Positions 25,706 to 40,600 of a stretch of 64,000 nucleotides of DNA are shown here, in pieces; positions within the stretch are counted from its first letter, which is position 1; every line of letters begins with the position of its first letter. Both the position numbers and the translations under genes were made by a program. The DNA comes from Chiloscyllium plagiosum (taxonomy: Eukaryota): contig NC_057749.1 of the NCBI RefSeq assembly GCF_004010195.1, positions 16,496,524-16,560,523 on the forward strand, in the 5' to 3' direction. The notes under the pieces are model-generated. The model searched no databases and was not told where the DNA came from. It saw nothing but the letters and a program-made list of their open reading frames with translations.

Positions 25706-26321
25706 GATGTCCCCAGGGCTCCCAGATTATTAGAACAGTGACATTACCACTATGCTAATACTACTGCCTCCCACTGTGTCCATTCGCCAATGCTTGCAGT
25801 GGAAGTGGTGCAATTAAACTGAAGCCCATTTTTGCTCGACAGGCAAATAGATAGATTTCAATAGGTTGCTGGATAACGAGCACAAGCAATGCCAGCTGAT
25901 TTCCTCCACCCTCCCATTATGGGAAATAAGGGAGACAATAGTTGGGCTGCATTTGGTGTCAGCTAACAGAATAGATTGGGATGCAGTTCAGCCCCTTTCC
26001 TGATCTGTGTATGTAAAAGAACTGCATGATAAGTTACTCCAACGACAACAAACACAAAATGCTGTCAATGCTCAACAGATCAGACAACCTCTGTGGAGAA
26101 AGTGGTCAGTAACCTTTCATCAGCAATTGTAACCATTAGCTGTCTCCCTCTGCACAGGAACTGCCCAATATGCTGAATATTCCCAGCATTTTCTGGTTTC
26201 ATTAGAGTTCCAGCACCTGCAGTATTTCACTTTTATATTCAAGTAGCTGCTCTAAGGACCTCCAAACGTGCACACAGAACAGAAGCTTACAATTTACAAC
26301 AGAGGTCAGTTTCTGTAATGT

Positions 26322-26327
26322 TTTATT
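26322..26327 (-). terminator. Candidate MAN2A2 polyadenylation signal (AATAAA), giving a ~2.2 kb 3'UTR
   Basis: tttatt on + strand at the end of a repeat-poor stretch downstream of the stop codon. Confidence 0.45.
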
Positions 26328-28541
26328 TGATGACTTTGTGTTTAGAATTTACAGCAGTTGAGTTTTTCTCCCCCTCTTAACAGAAATTTTGATATCTGAC
26401 AAGTGGACAATTCTTCAATCTTAATGCGGTAGGGCACAGACTGAAGACATGCCAGGTCTAATCAGTATCATGAAACCTTTTACATATAGACAAAAGGTGA
26501 ACCTGATATAGGTCAGGAGCATATACTATTAAACACAGTTTTAGATTTCTGTAAAATAATCCCTATAACTAAAGGATGTCACAATAATAACAAATGACAA
26601 TAGCAAACAGTCTGCAAATGTTTATACATTGAATGCATAGTGTCATGGCAGCACATAATTACAGGTATTTTCCTAATCAACTTATTCAGAGATGTCATGA
26701 CACAGCTCTGGTGCAGATGGGATTTGAGCCACCTACCTAGCCCAATGCTAGAGCACTACCAGTGCCACAAGACCTTGGTAGCCAAATCTTAATTCATAAC
26801 CTGCTTGCTACACCTGTGACAGCCCTGCTGCCCCTTTCCTCATGTACCACCACAGTGCTATATAACTCATACGTCCCCTAAACATCACGTCCACCTGGAG
26901 AGGTTGAGTCCCTGGCTCATTGGTATTTTCCCCCATAGTTCAAGTAGGTATGTCACAACTGCTCACACCTACTACTAACCTTAATTAACAGTTATGATCA
27001 GTGCATGGAAAAAGTTGTTTCACATTGCTGGATTAAATTAATTTCAAGAATACACAGGTGCGTTTTGACACTGACGTTTTACTCAGAATATGATAACTTT
27101 ACAATGCAAAAAAATCTGTTCAACAGTAGTTTTAATTTCAGGTCTAAATTATTTCCATGATATTTCCAAAATGTTCACAGAATTTTTCTTCATTTTATGC
27201 TGGTAATTTCCAACAGTCAGTTATCCAAATGTTCCACGGTAGCTGTCAACATTCTTTTTAAGACAACCAACTGATCACTTCCAAAACATTCAAATCCCTT
27301 TTGTTGTAAAAGGCAGACCTTCAAAAATGTTGATTTCAGGGCTACTGCACAAGGACAAGAGAGATGAATTGATCACATTGCACTAAAAGAAGAATGCCTG
27401 AATGTTGAAAACCAGACATAGAAATGCTGAAAGCACAAAGTGAATCCTTCAACATTCTGAAGGAAAGTTTCAGTTGGAGAACTTTGATAGCAGTGGCACA
27501 GCCATTCCAGAACACCGACTTGCATTCCCTCAATCAGGTCAGTGGTTGCATTTTCTACTTTGGTCTCCACTCACATTTCTGCAGATCATTACTCTCCAAT
27601 GCAAATATTTCAAAGCGACTCTTTCCGCCACTAAGTTCGGAACACGCAGCAAAACTAGAGATTATTGCACAAATACCCTAAGAAATGTGTATGAATGAAG
27701 CCAACGTGTTTAAGTGTTCCAGAACAGTTACAGGTTCAGTCAAATCTCAGGGGACAATTCTTAAAAGGAATAACTAAATGTTAACGGCATATTGCATTGG
27801 CTCCAAAATATTTACACAAAATACATGAGAAAGCAAGAGTCTCTGGCTAATAAGGAGTTTAAGTTCAGTTGCTGTTACATCTATCTGCAACAGAAAAAAT
27901 ACTTTAAAAAGACCACCCTGTCTTGCTTTCAAGTGTTATGATTCTTCATTGAGAAGTCCATTGCCAGCCTTGTTGTGATGTTTAACTGCATATTAGTCAG
28001 ATCTGAATACAGGTTTTCTTTGCCTGCTCAGGTTGGTTTGCAGACTTGGCCATTGAATGATTATGAATACGCAGACTGCCTCAAAGCCTTTGCACACCAG
28101 TGTTACATTCACACTCATCTTTGTTCTGGATTGCTTGGTTTTTGCATTACAAGCAAAGCCCCTGCTCCTTTCAGATGCCAAAGATTCTATTTTGTCATTT
28201 TTAAGGTTGAGTTGACAATGAAATCAGGGTTGCTTATATACCATTGTAGTGGTATATGCACAAATTGTACCTACACCTTTTTTTCTTTTAAAAGTGCATT
28301 GATAATGGGGTATCATTGCTGTGCTTTCACTGCACATGCAATCTGAAGTCCATGAGTCACAAATTCAGATGCCAGTAAATCTGTCCTCAGTTCCACATTT
28401 TGTAGCGCTAACCACATCAGCCCCACCACTCCGTCATCCTCCCTCCCCCAGGGGTTTATGGATTGAAGGACCAACAGTTTGTGTTGCAGCTGGTTGGTAT
28501 CTTATTTCCTAGCTTTAAGTATGGAAGCGCTGGACTGTTAT

Positions 28542-28691
28542 TCAAACCAGCCGGATGCGAAATGTGGAAATCTCCATCGGCCTCATGGAGACGAAGCTGT
28601 TGTTGAAGGGCTCAGTGGGGTACAGGAGGGACAAAGACACTGGCTGCACGCTCTGAATATCCAAGCCCTGAAAGAGACCCTCCAGTGATAG
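28542..28691 (-). CDS. MAN2A2: MAN2A2 coding exon 22 (terminal)
   Basis: [10 protein letters not shown]...[14 protein letters not shown], then TGA at 28544-28542. Confidence 0.94.
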   Translation of the reverse strand, partial: LSLEGLFQGLDIQSVQPVSLSLLYPTEPFNNSFVSMRPMEISTFRIRLV

Positions 28692-31600
28692 CTGCAGCAG
28701 AAAGAGAAGAGGCATGTAAGGTTGCAATCAACTTTTCCTTCAAGTCAAGCATCCAGTCAGAAATTATATTGAGTGACGTGAACCAAACAAAATGTACTGG
28801 TAAGGTTTTATAAGTTGCAAGACTCCCTCAAAAATTCTCTCTCTATTGTTCATGACAGGACCAGCACCCACCCATCAATTTCATATCAAGCTGAGACACA
28901 TGCACTGGAGTAGATGTTGTTGTCAGCTGAAATCCCATGGATGCCCATTGTTAAGTAGCAGAACTGACATGTGGGGAGCAGGAAGCTCTGGTTAATTATT
29001 TTTCTCAACTCCAGTATCCTTATTAGGCTGAGGGGACACGGGAGAATGGAGGAGAGAATGAGACACATTGGATTGCTACAGAGAGCTGTCAGATTTAATG
29101 GTCTGAATGGCCTCCATGCATAAAACTGAATCTTAACCAACCCATGTCATAAAAACAAATATTACCTAAAGTAGAGTGAAAAGCTCAGTATCAGGTGTTT
29201 CATACCTTGCCCTGGGTGGTACTGCAATTGAAACCCAGGTTCTTGGCCTCCAGCCCACAGTCAAATCCTTTCCGATGTAGAATTAGCGCCAACTCTAACC
29301 CGGGAGCAGAAATCACCTGCAACATAAATGACAGAGAGAATCATACAGCAACTGACTCACATTTCAAATCACAGCAGCCTGAGATCTGTTGCAAATTTGA
29401 AGTCAATTTTGTTCCACTGCTGCAGAGCTTAACAGCACTTGACAAAATCACAAACCCAGATAGCCAGGGTCTGGTGTTGAACGTAACTGCATCTTAGGAG
29501 GACAAAAGCTCCAAATTTCCAATCTGCAGAACCAACACTGCTCAGTGCTATTGGGAAAAAAAGAGAAATTAGTTAAGTTGCAGCACTGACGGCCGTTGCC
29601 AATCCACCATAACCTCTCACCTCAGACTGTAAGGTCCTCATATTAAGCATGTGGAAGTCACAGGGTATAGGAGCTGCAAGTGGACGCCAGCTTCTGATGG
29701 GTGGAACAGTCTGTGGCCTTGGAGTAACTGGCATCGCCAGAACCTCATGGTTCAGGTGCATCAAGGTCATGTGACTTAGCAGGGAGGGAAAGCTCACAGG
29801 CTGACTATCCTGAACCTGTAGAAATAGAAATAAGCCAGCCTCAGTTTGCTGTTGATCTGAGATTACCTGGTTATGCAAGAGGCTGACATAAAAGTGAGCC
29901 TGAGAGACTTAACATTTCACAAGTGCTTCAACAAATTCCCCCCTTAGTCCATCAGTGCAGGTCTCTCGGGAGACAAATGGTTCCATGGGTTAAATCATTC
30001 ACTTGGTCATCTGAGCATGAGTCCAGGCCTAAGTTTTGAGCTTCAAGATGGATTTGGGACAGTTTTACTCAAGCTAAAGTATCAGGGCAGACAACTTATA
30101 AAATAAAAATTAATCATGCTCCCATCAATTTTCAGATTTACAAGTTGCTGACACTAAGATGTCAGAGTTCTGATTTTAAGCTTTACCTCTTAATGAGGAA
30201 ACACCAAGAATCTACATGTATGAAATTCCAAAGCTTTAAACAGAACAAACCAGACAGTAAGAGATAATGATAGGGGATGGAATAGCTGAAATTTTGATGT
30301 CTAGATGGACAGGTCTGATGGGTCACAACATGGCTCACTGACATAGTTAACACTCAAATAAATGCCAAAAGGCTTTTAAACATGGCCACCACCAATCTCT
30401 CCTTCATTCAATATCCACATACAATACATAGGATAGAGTTCAAGAGGAGAAGCCACAACTGATGTTTTACCTTCCCTCAGCTCAAAAGGACACAGAACTA
30501 ATTATAGTAAGCGAAGCAATAACAGACTAAGATCATGTTACCTATTGTGGTATTGAGAGAAACAAATACATCTGCCTTTTGAATAAATCAGGTACCAGAA
30601 CAGAAAACCAGCCAGTTCCAATCAAAGAGAATGGGTACTTTATTAGGCTGGAATTTGGCTCAAAGTAGGGCATACTCAATAGAAACTAAATGACGTAGCA
30701 TGGACTCTGACTAGCATAGTCTATTTGAAAGAACTGTTCAGTATATAAGGCAGATTTATTGTTGTCAGGCATTGTGCCATAACACAGACCAGTTCAGAGC
30801 CTTACTTTGAGCACTGATGGACCTGCTCACTCATGATGCTCTGGGCCAGAGAACAAGCAGTAACGTAGTACTATTGCAGACCTACCCCTAAATAACCCCT
30901 CTGAAAAAACCCTTTGTTCTTCTGTAGCTTCCTTGCCTGGATCTCATCTAACGTGCTCCATCAACTCCAAAAACATGGGCAGCAGGGAATCAGAAGTGGA
31001 TAAGAAGCAGTGTGCACTGAGACAATATATAAACAGCTTGAGTTACAGAATGTACTGTGAGGTGCTTAATTTTTGTTAGCGTTTTCACCTCATTAATGGC
31101 TCATTATTCTGGGTCAGCAGTGCCCACTGATCAATAAGATGTGAACACTCTCAGTCTAGATCACAGATGAGCCAACTAATGTTATCAGGCGAGGACTACA
31201 GATGCTGGAGATCAGACTGGTGCTAGAAAAGCACAGCAGGTCAGACAGCATCCGAGGAGCAGGAAAATCGACGTTTCGGGCAAAAGTCCTTCATCCGGAA
31301 TGATAGCTCTCATTCCTGATGAAGGGCTCTTGCCCGAAACGTCGATTTTCCTGCTCCTTGGATGCTACCTGACCTGCTGTGCTTTTCCAGCACCACTCTA
31401 ATCTAGACTCTCATGTTCTTATCAGTCTCTCTCGCTCTCTCTCACATACTTTTCAGGAAGTTCCTGAACAGCAATCAGAGACTAGAAGACTGCAACCCTG
31501 GTTGATTTAAGCACATAAGCCCAGATGAGCTCCTGGTTAACAAATGAAACAAGACAGTTTATAGAGCGCTCACACAGATAGACAGCGACAACTACGAGCT

Positions 31601-34600
31601 ACATTTCATACTGCAGCTATGACTCACAGCACAGAGGTGGTCAAAGTTAATTTACAGATTACACTTTGACCCGGCCTCCTCTCTAAAAGGTTACCTCATG
31701 GGTGCTGGTCCTGCAAAGGATGGAAGCTGAGAGTGCCTGCAAGATGGAGTGCAGCCTTGACAGAAAGCCAATGTGCTGAAGAGGAGCAATGGGAATGGAG
31801 AAAACGATGAACATGAAGGAATGGGCAAGTATAACCATCTATTTATAACCCACAGACATGGAATAATTACACATGTACACTAGCATAAAAATACTACAGG
31901 TACCACACATTGCAAGCCCACACACATTTCTCAGCTTACAATCTGCATGGACACTATACCACAGATACGGCACTACACCAACACTAAGCAGGAGTGTACA
32001 CTGCAGCACACAGACACACACTTGCCTCACAAATACACCCCACCCCACCAGATGCTCATCAGCCACTCACCCTACAGATGAGATCATTTATATGCTCACA
32101 CTTGAATACAAACAGCACTGGTATCACATATGCACATACATGCAACTCATCACAAGACTCTCATGTTCCCACTCCCTGCAAACTTCCTTGCCAGTCCTGC
32201 TGACCACAAACCAGGCTACCCACTCCACAGGTTAAGAAAGTAACAAGCACAGGGTCGAAGCATCCGCAGACACACTGGGTACCATCCCAATCTCTACAGG
32301 TGCATACACACATAGCGCATCATAAATATACACACACCACTGCATGTCTCCCCACCAGCCAATACATCGACACTGTGCACTGCACAACTCAGCCTCTCGT
32401 GCGCATGCACACATACCCACATCAACATAAAAACGACCTTCCTTATCCACCCTACCCCTCATTCACCAATGTCCACAGTTAGTCCTGTTGATTCTTGCTG
32501 TGGAAGTTTAATGGGTATCTCAGCCCTCTGGAATCTTGCAAGCATCAGTGCTCAGTAAGGGCAGGCTATCTGGTTGTAAGCAGGCATACAGTTAAACCCA
32601 ATTTTGTCCTCACCTGAAATGCAAACTTTCCCATGGGAGTCACTGGAAGGGAAGTGCTGGCTATATCATTCCTGAAGAAGGGCCTGTGCCCGAAACGTCG
32701 AATCTCCTGTTCCCTGGATGCTGCCTGACCTGCTGTGCTGTTCCAGCAATAAAGTTTCAACTATATTATTTCACCCCTTTACAATCTGGACCAATGATGC
32801 CCTAAGCTGAGATCTGCTAATTTATCCCAGAACTTGGTTTCGACCCAAGATCTCTGGGCTGCAGTGGTGAAACAGCAAATCCAATGGTGCCTTCAACTGG
32901 ACTGCCACTGCAAATAAAACCACTCCTCTAGTATGTAAATCATAGACTAAGATCACATACAAGCAGGGGTTAAAAACAATTTAGTACTTTGTTTGATGCT
33001 GATCTCTTCTCCAGCAAGATACGGAATCTGTTGCAGGTCACTTTGTTGTCTTTTAGTCCTTGTCCCAAGCCCCGGTTGTCATCCTGCATGAGACGACGAT
33101 CCAGAATGACCTCCAATTCACCTGGGAATGACAGGACAAGAGATCCATTCAGCATTAAGGAGGAGTGAATGAAGGCGGTGTTTCTTTCTCAACTATAGTT
33201 TCTAGCCTCAGGGCTTGTCATCCATGTTCTCCATAGGACTCCTTACTTTTAACCCCAACAGCAGTGTCACTCTCACTAAAATCCCCCCACCCTGATGGTT
33301 ATTATCCACAAACTGATTCCTTGGGTCTCGACGAGTACAGGAGATGGAGAATTTGGGGGTTTCCACAGGTCCAATCCTGCTGTTACTCAATATCCAACCA
33401 GACACACTCTCACAACCAAGTCACTGGCAAGCAGGAAGCCTGTAACATTCTACAGAGAATTCTTTTTGTTACATCTTTGCTTTGCTCAGCCATGGCTGAA
33501 ATCAGATGGAAACTGCAGCCTGTGGTCCAGAGGAGGTGGTTGCTGGCAAGAAGTGCTGAGTCAGTAGAAACTAAAACTGATCACCTCTCCCCAAAATGTT
33601 CCAGTCTGTTTCACCTTGAGCCCCTCCCAAGACAGAAATAACTTTCCAAAATAAAACATGTCAGTTAAAGTCTAAATTATAAATTTGTAGAATCAAGGTC
33701 TAATTAGAAATAACCCCAAACCCCATGATTAGAAGAAATGAGGAGAATAGAATGCCCTGTTAACTTCCTCTGACATTCACTGGGCTGCTATTTCCATTCA
33801 CAGAGTAATGCTGGATTTGCGAGGATTGCATTTATCATGTTGCTGTGGGGCTGGAGAACAACAATTACTCTAAGAGGCACTGCCAGCAAATCAATTAGGA
33901 TACAACCAGTTTGCTCACCATTGTGAATACTCGACACACCCAGAGACTGTGCAGCATGTAGTGTCAGGCGGAATCGATCATCCTGAATGTAGGCCATGGT
34001 TGACATCGGGTAGAAGTTGGCCTGAAGGGGCAACTTCTGAAAATATTTTCTCGCTTGAATCTACAGGAAGCAATAAAAAAGCTTAAGAACAAGTTGAGAT
34101 CGATCCACAGTGCTGCAGAAAGATGACCTTGTTTTAAGTATAAGCACATTTTCCAAGACCAAACACAAGCAAATGAAATGGGAACAGATGGCCATTTGGC
34201 CCCCGAACCTGATCTGCCATTTAGTAAGATCTGGCTGATCTGTTTGTTTTGAATTCCACATTTCCATCAGCACAGATAACCTCAGCTTCCCTGATTAACA
34301 AGAATTTACTCACTTCTGCCTTCAGAGTCAAGAGAAATTAGGAACTTAAGGCTTATGCCTGAAACGTCGATTTCCCTGTTCTTCGGATGCTGCCTAACCT
34401 GCTGTGCTTTTCCAGCACCAGACTCTCAACTCTGATCTCCAGTGCCTGCAGTCTTCACTTTCTCCCACCCCTGCCTTCACGATAATTAATGACCCATCCT
34501 CCTTCACCTGGACGCAGAGAGTTTCAAATTGGCTCAAAGATTCACCTCAGCTGTCCTAAAAGGACTAGCTCCAGTTTTAAAACAGTGCCATCCCCCACCC

Positions 34601-37600
34601 TGATACTGGACTCAAACTAGAGGAAACACCCTTTCCATTTTCACTTTGTCAAGATCATTCAGAATCATATACACTTCGACCAAGTCACCCTTAAACACTT
34701 CTAAGCTCAAGTTGAAACAAACTCAATCTGTCCAACCTTTCCTCATAAGATAACACACTTACTCCAGATATTAACCTAGCAAGTTTCCCTCCAACCACCT
34801 CCATTTACATCTTCCCATGAATAAGGATGCCAAAACTTCAGCCAGGTGTGATTTCACTGATGCATGGTATAAATCCAAAAATGCTTAGCTTCAGTTATGT
34901 TTAATCCCTCTCATTGTGAAGGGCAGCATTCTATTAACATTCTTGATTACCATTTGTATTAAATGTATTAACATTTTGTCACTCATGCACTAGAACATGA
35001 AGATCTTTCTGATCCTCAGGCCAACTTCTACCCGATGTCAACCATGGCCTACATTCAGGATGATCGATTCCGCCTGACACTACATGCTGCACAGTCTCTG
35101 GGTGCTCACTTAAAATTTTCTACAAATGTGAACTTCATATTTTCCCCCATTATAGAACATCTGCCAGAATGGTGCCCAATGGCTCAACATATCTAGGTGT
35201 GCCTGCAAACTATTCTTCATTGTAGTTTATTTGCCTACCTATCTTGACGTTGTACATGCACTTAGTTCCGTGCTTTTGTTTCACTTATACCATATATTAT
35301 ATCTTAATACTCCCTAAAAACTGATGCATTAAAGAAATGCTCCAAATAGCATTACCAATCCCGTTCCACCCCCCCGCTTCAAAACACAAATTTTAACTTC
35401 AGAAATCAGAAGACCTTTCAATGCAAAACACCACCAGGGCCCTGTCAGGTAACATGGTGGATGTGTGGATATTATAGTGGGTGAAGATACTGGGTGAGGT
35501 GCAAATGGGAGATAGAGGTTGGGTGTCATTGATACACCGTGGCCACAAAATGTAGATTTAGGTCAGTGTATTCAGGACATTGTGAAGAGATGTTTTAATC
35601 ACATTGTTTGTTTATGTTCAGTAGTGATTATCACTCCCAATCAGCAAGAATTGCATGGTTTACAACCCTCTCCAAGACTTGATATTTCTGATTTACCAAT
35701 ATGATCTGGTCCAGGTGTACAATGGATAACATTTACTGTGCATTATTAGTGAAAAAGTTGTGTATCTGGAAGACAAAAACTCTAATTTTTGATTTTTAGT
35801 TCTGACTTCAGCTCCCAACTTCCCCCACCCCATTCCCCAAACCCTCATCTCTGCCATTATTTTGACCCGAATTTATCCTGCTCCACCCCACCATTTCCAA
35901 TCCTTTCTAATATGCAGCCAGAGATGACTCAACAGATTAACAGCATGATCAAAGACTGATGTGCACAGGACAAAGTCAATTGTTATACCAATGTTTAAAT
36001 ATTCTGTCATACATTTTAAACAATTGTGTGCTTTCCTTTTTCATGTCCACGTGAACTAATTATGCTGCATTTATATACTCCCTAAAATTACTGGGATGTA
36101 ATTACTGGGCAACAAGTTGAAAACCACCAATTTCCATTGTAAATGTGAACAAAAGAAATTGGCAATGGAATAATCGAAGACCAAAACTGAACAAATTTAA
36201 TAAAAGGCTTGTTATGGCCAAGAGACTTTACCAATAATTTCCAACACTACTTCTCCCATGTACCACACCTAAGCAATGGATATACCCATGCTGTGGAGGC
36301 AGTAAGGCTCAGTTTAGCGAGATTGAGATTGCCTCTCATTCCAAGAGTCAATTATTTTCTGAAGGAGACAGTCAGGGTTGTCTTCCCTGTCCAAAGAATC
36401 TGGAACATGGAGGCACAGCTTCAGGGTAAGGTGCCAAACATTTAGGGCTGAGGTGAAATTCATTCACTCTGAAATGAGTGACTTGGAACTCTCCACCCCA
36501 ACAGTTGCTGATATAACAAAATTTTTCAATGTTCTCAGTCTCAGCCCTGATCTCTCAGAATCAAAAAAGGAATGAGGGGCAGGCGGGAAAGTGGAATCAA
36601 ATCAGTTATTAATCAGATGTCATCAATGGTAGAGCAGGCTCAAGTGGCCACATGATCTACCCTTGCTGCTATTTCTTACACCCTTATCAATCTTGACATA
36701 AGAGATCCACTACAAAATAATGACTACACTTGGATATATGTAACAAGTTACCACATATCAATGCCTCAATGATTTGAGTGAACACGTAAGCCCCAAATAG
36801 CAGCAAGACGAGCAAATGGTTTGTGTGCTTTTAGTATTATTGGTTAATAATGTCCACGAAAGCAGAAGACTGTCCAATAATCTAACAGGCAGGCTGATCC
36901 ACAATTTAATGCATCCTCGAAGAGGTCATTGCACAGGAGACTTTAAATATTACCCTCTATCCCTTCCTACACTGAACTTCCAAGGAGGGGCGAGAATGTG
37001 TAACCATTTGTATAGTAATTTTACACCAAGTTACCTGAAACCCATTCAAATCTGTGTAGAATGTGTCTCCACTTTCAATATTGGTGGACAGCCTCATTGC
37101 CAGCTCTCGGTTTATCTGGTCATGAATGTCAACAACAACGGAAACATCCAACGAAAGCCCCTCAACTCCTGCCAGCACAAGAACACACGAGTAGATTATC
37201 ACTGCACCACATTTAACACTTTGCGAACAATTCACTGGAATCACTTATTTTTGTTATATTCTGTTCTAATGCCAGTGGATATCAGTTAACTTGGCACTGA
37301 CAGTGCAGGACTGTTGGACTGGATGACTCAGTACCAGAATGGATCCACATTTATTCACCAAGTGAGAGCAATGAAAGTTTTAACCAGCAAAGCCCTTTTC
37401 CAGAGCAGACCACTGGAATCACATTTCCACCCAAATTCACTTCCTACCGTCAGTATTTCATTAGATATATACAGCACTAGAAGAGGATCACCATAGTGAA
37501 TTTAACTGTCTGCCATGATAACACACAGCAATTGTTACTTTTGTACATTAGCTTTCATATGGGACCTTTAACATTAATTCTTTACAATTCCCACCTCCCA

Positions 37601-40600
37601 TTGACAACAGTGGCTTTAAAACTGTCCCCTTCTGCACTGTGCAGCTATTCAGAACCTGTTGCAGACAGGGGTCCAAGTAAATGTCAAAATGTAACAGGTC
37701 AACCTAAGTAGTGAAAAGTCTGCTGTGTTGAGGTCATGGTGCTTTGCTAAACCAATCCATGAAACAAAATTGCAAGTATTTGACAATTAAAAAATTACCA
37801 CAAAAGATGCCTGACTGAAAACTGATGTGTTTAACTTTGTTCTTCAGTGAAAGGAACTTGCCACCCTAACTGAAGTGTAGCGCATAAGATTTTAGGGATC
37901 TTGTAAAACACTTACTGACATGATCGAACAAGCTAAGTCATCAAATCAACACAAGATAGACATCAAGTACTGGATTACACCTCAACATAACACATCAAAA
38001 TAATACATAAACAGGTACACATTATATTGCACACTAGGCAGCAGAGTGGCAAACAGATTTCAATCTGGAGATTCAATCCTAATTCCCTTCCTAAGTGCAT
38101 TGTGGGTCAACCCACAGCAGGTGGACAATAGCAGTTCAAGAAATCATCTCACCACCACCTTCAAAGGCAACTAGGGACAGACAATAAATGCTGGCCAGCC
38201 AATGACATCCACATCCCACAAATAAATAAAACAAAATGGTCAAAGGTATTGGAGAATAAATGGGAGGTTTGAGTGGGGAAGAAGAGAGAAGCCTTGAAGT
38301 GTACAACCACAGGTCTCTGAAAATGGTAGAACAGGTAGATAAGGTGGTAAAGGCAGCACATGGGATACTTTCCTTCATTGGGCAAGGTAATGAAGATAAC
38401 AGCAGGGATGTAATGGGGTATTATTTTGATTCTGGTTAGGTCATGGCTGGAGTTTTGTGGACAGTTCTGATTGGTCAGAAAGGTCAGAATTGTTTGAGAG
38501 CAGAAAGAGTACAGAGGCGATTTACAAGAATGTTGCCAGGGTTTGAAAATTGCAGCTAAGATTGGAAAAGCTACCACTGTTTTCCTTACAACAGATGCTC
38601 AAGGATTGACTTGATTGAGATGCATAAAATAATGGGAGACTTCGATAGAATGGAGGGGGAAAAACCTGTTTCCCCCTAATGGGGGAGTAAATTACCAGGG
38701 GCCACAGAAAACTTATGATTGACAGAAAAATCTGATGGAACATGAGGTTAAGTTTTTTCAATCAGAAGGTGGTGAGTGTCTGCATTTCACTGACCAGCAC
38801 AGTTGAAACGGAAACCCTCAACTCATTTAAAAGGAATTTGAATCTGCATCTGAGAGCTTCTCGCCGGAAAGGCGAATGACCAGATGCTAGAAAATGTGAT
38901 TAGAACAGGCAGTAAGGTTTCTTCAGCTGCCATGGACATAATGGGTTGTATGGCCGCCTTCTGTACTGTAACTATTCTATGTTGCCACCATGGTTAAATT
39001 ATAGAGTGGGGGATGGGAGAAAATTAACAATAAAACATGAAAAGCCTAGATATAAATGACAGTGCAAAGTAAACTGTAATGTCACACATTATTACCTCAA
39101 GACTGAGCATTAACATACACATGATATTGATTACTGTGCAAGTTTTTTTAAATCACTTGTTTATTGCAAAGGTTATGGGTCAGAATGCTTCACTTGCTGA
39201 ATTAACCTCACCCCTGCCTCCGAAATCCTCAGACCCACATACTCCCTCCTTTATCCTCTTAAGGAAGATTCATCACTCCAGCTCCCCCTTCAACTCATTC
39301 TCTCTCGTCAGGCACACTACAGATTTTTAAACACCACAGTTGACGTTACCTAAACGGTTTCTTGATTTTATCTTTAATTTTTATATGACGTGACAGTGCA
39401 GTTCAACAGCAACCCTTTCACCAGTCAACAAACATTCAAAGTGTACTAAAGGATATTAGTACATAACTTAAGCAGGAGGTGCCGTTCTTCAGTTGAAATG
39501 TTAAAGCCCAATTCATGAGTGAGATCAAAAGATGCCAGTGCATTGTTAAAGAGGAAATAGTTCTCCCTGTGTTCTGGCCAACATTCCTCCATCAGCCAAT
39601 CCCACATAAAACACACTAACCAGCTATTTATATTGCTTGCTGCTAATGGAACATTGAGCAAATCGATATTCATGTTTCCCTACAAAATAAAGTGACCGTA
39701 ATATGAGAGTAGAATAATGCACGATTTCCTAACTTAGTGCAATATTACATCTGCAACTTTTAAATTAAAGTACATACCAGAATACAAGGACATGGCAGAG
39801 ATTGGAGAGGTGTTTAGTGTACGGTGCGTTTCATTTCACCATGCTGCTGTCTTCAGAACACAGGAAGGAATGTCTTTGGAAATCAATCAATGGCTATTTT
39901 ATCTAGAGCAAGAACTATCATTCATGTCTGCTTAGACAGTTCCATCTAAAGGCTATGGGGGGCACCCAATACCTGACAGCCATGATCACGCTGCTTTTTA
40001 AATGTTTACAAACAAAAAGACTTGCATTCCTGTAGCACCTCATGCCATCAAGAAAATCCTAAGGCACCTTAGCGCTTCTTTAAACATGGCATCTTTAAAA
40101 TAGTCACCGCTGTACTGTAGCTGAGGAGAAAGTGAGGTCTGCAGATGCTGGAGATCAGAGATGGAAATGTGTTGCTGGAAAAGCGCAGTAGGTCAGGCAG
40201 CATCTAGGGAACAGGAGAATCGACGCTTCGGGCATCAGCCCTTCCTCAGGCCATTCTCCTGTTCCCTAGATGCTGCCTGACCTGCTGCGCTTTTCCAGCA
40301 ACACATTTCCATCGCTGTACTGTAGCTGCCAAACTGTGCACAGCATGCTCTTACAAGCAGTGACATGATAACGGCGAGGTAACTTGTTTGAGCTATGGGG
40401 AGGTGAGTGATAAATACTGTTCAGGACATCAGCAAAAACCCCCGTATTTTCTTCAACATTGACATCTGACGAAGGGGCTGACCAGATGTCTGTTTAATGC
40501 TTCATCCAAAGGATGGCATCTCTAAAAGTGCAGCATGCCCTCAATACTGCACTGTAAGCATGTCAGGTTTCCATGGCAAGGTCCTTTGAATGGGGCTCGC

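Noticed and set aside
36816..37289. 157-aa + strand ORF
   Set aside because: Antisense to exon 17 with no recognisable domain; probably a chance ORF.
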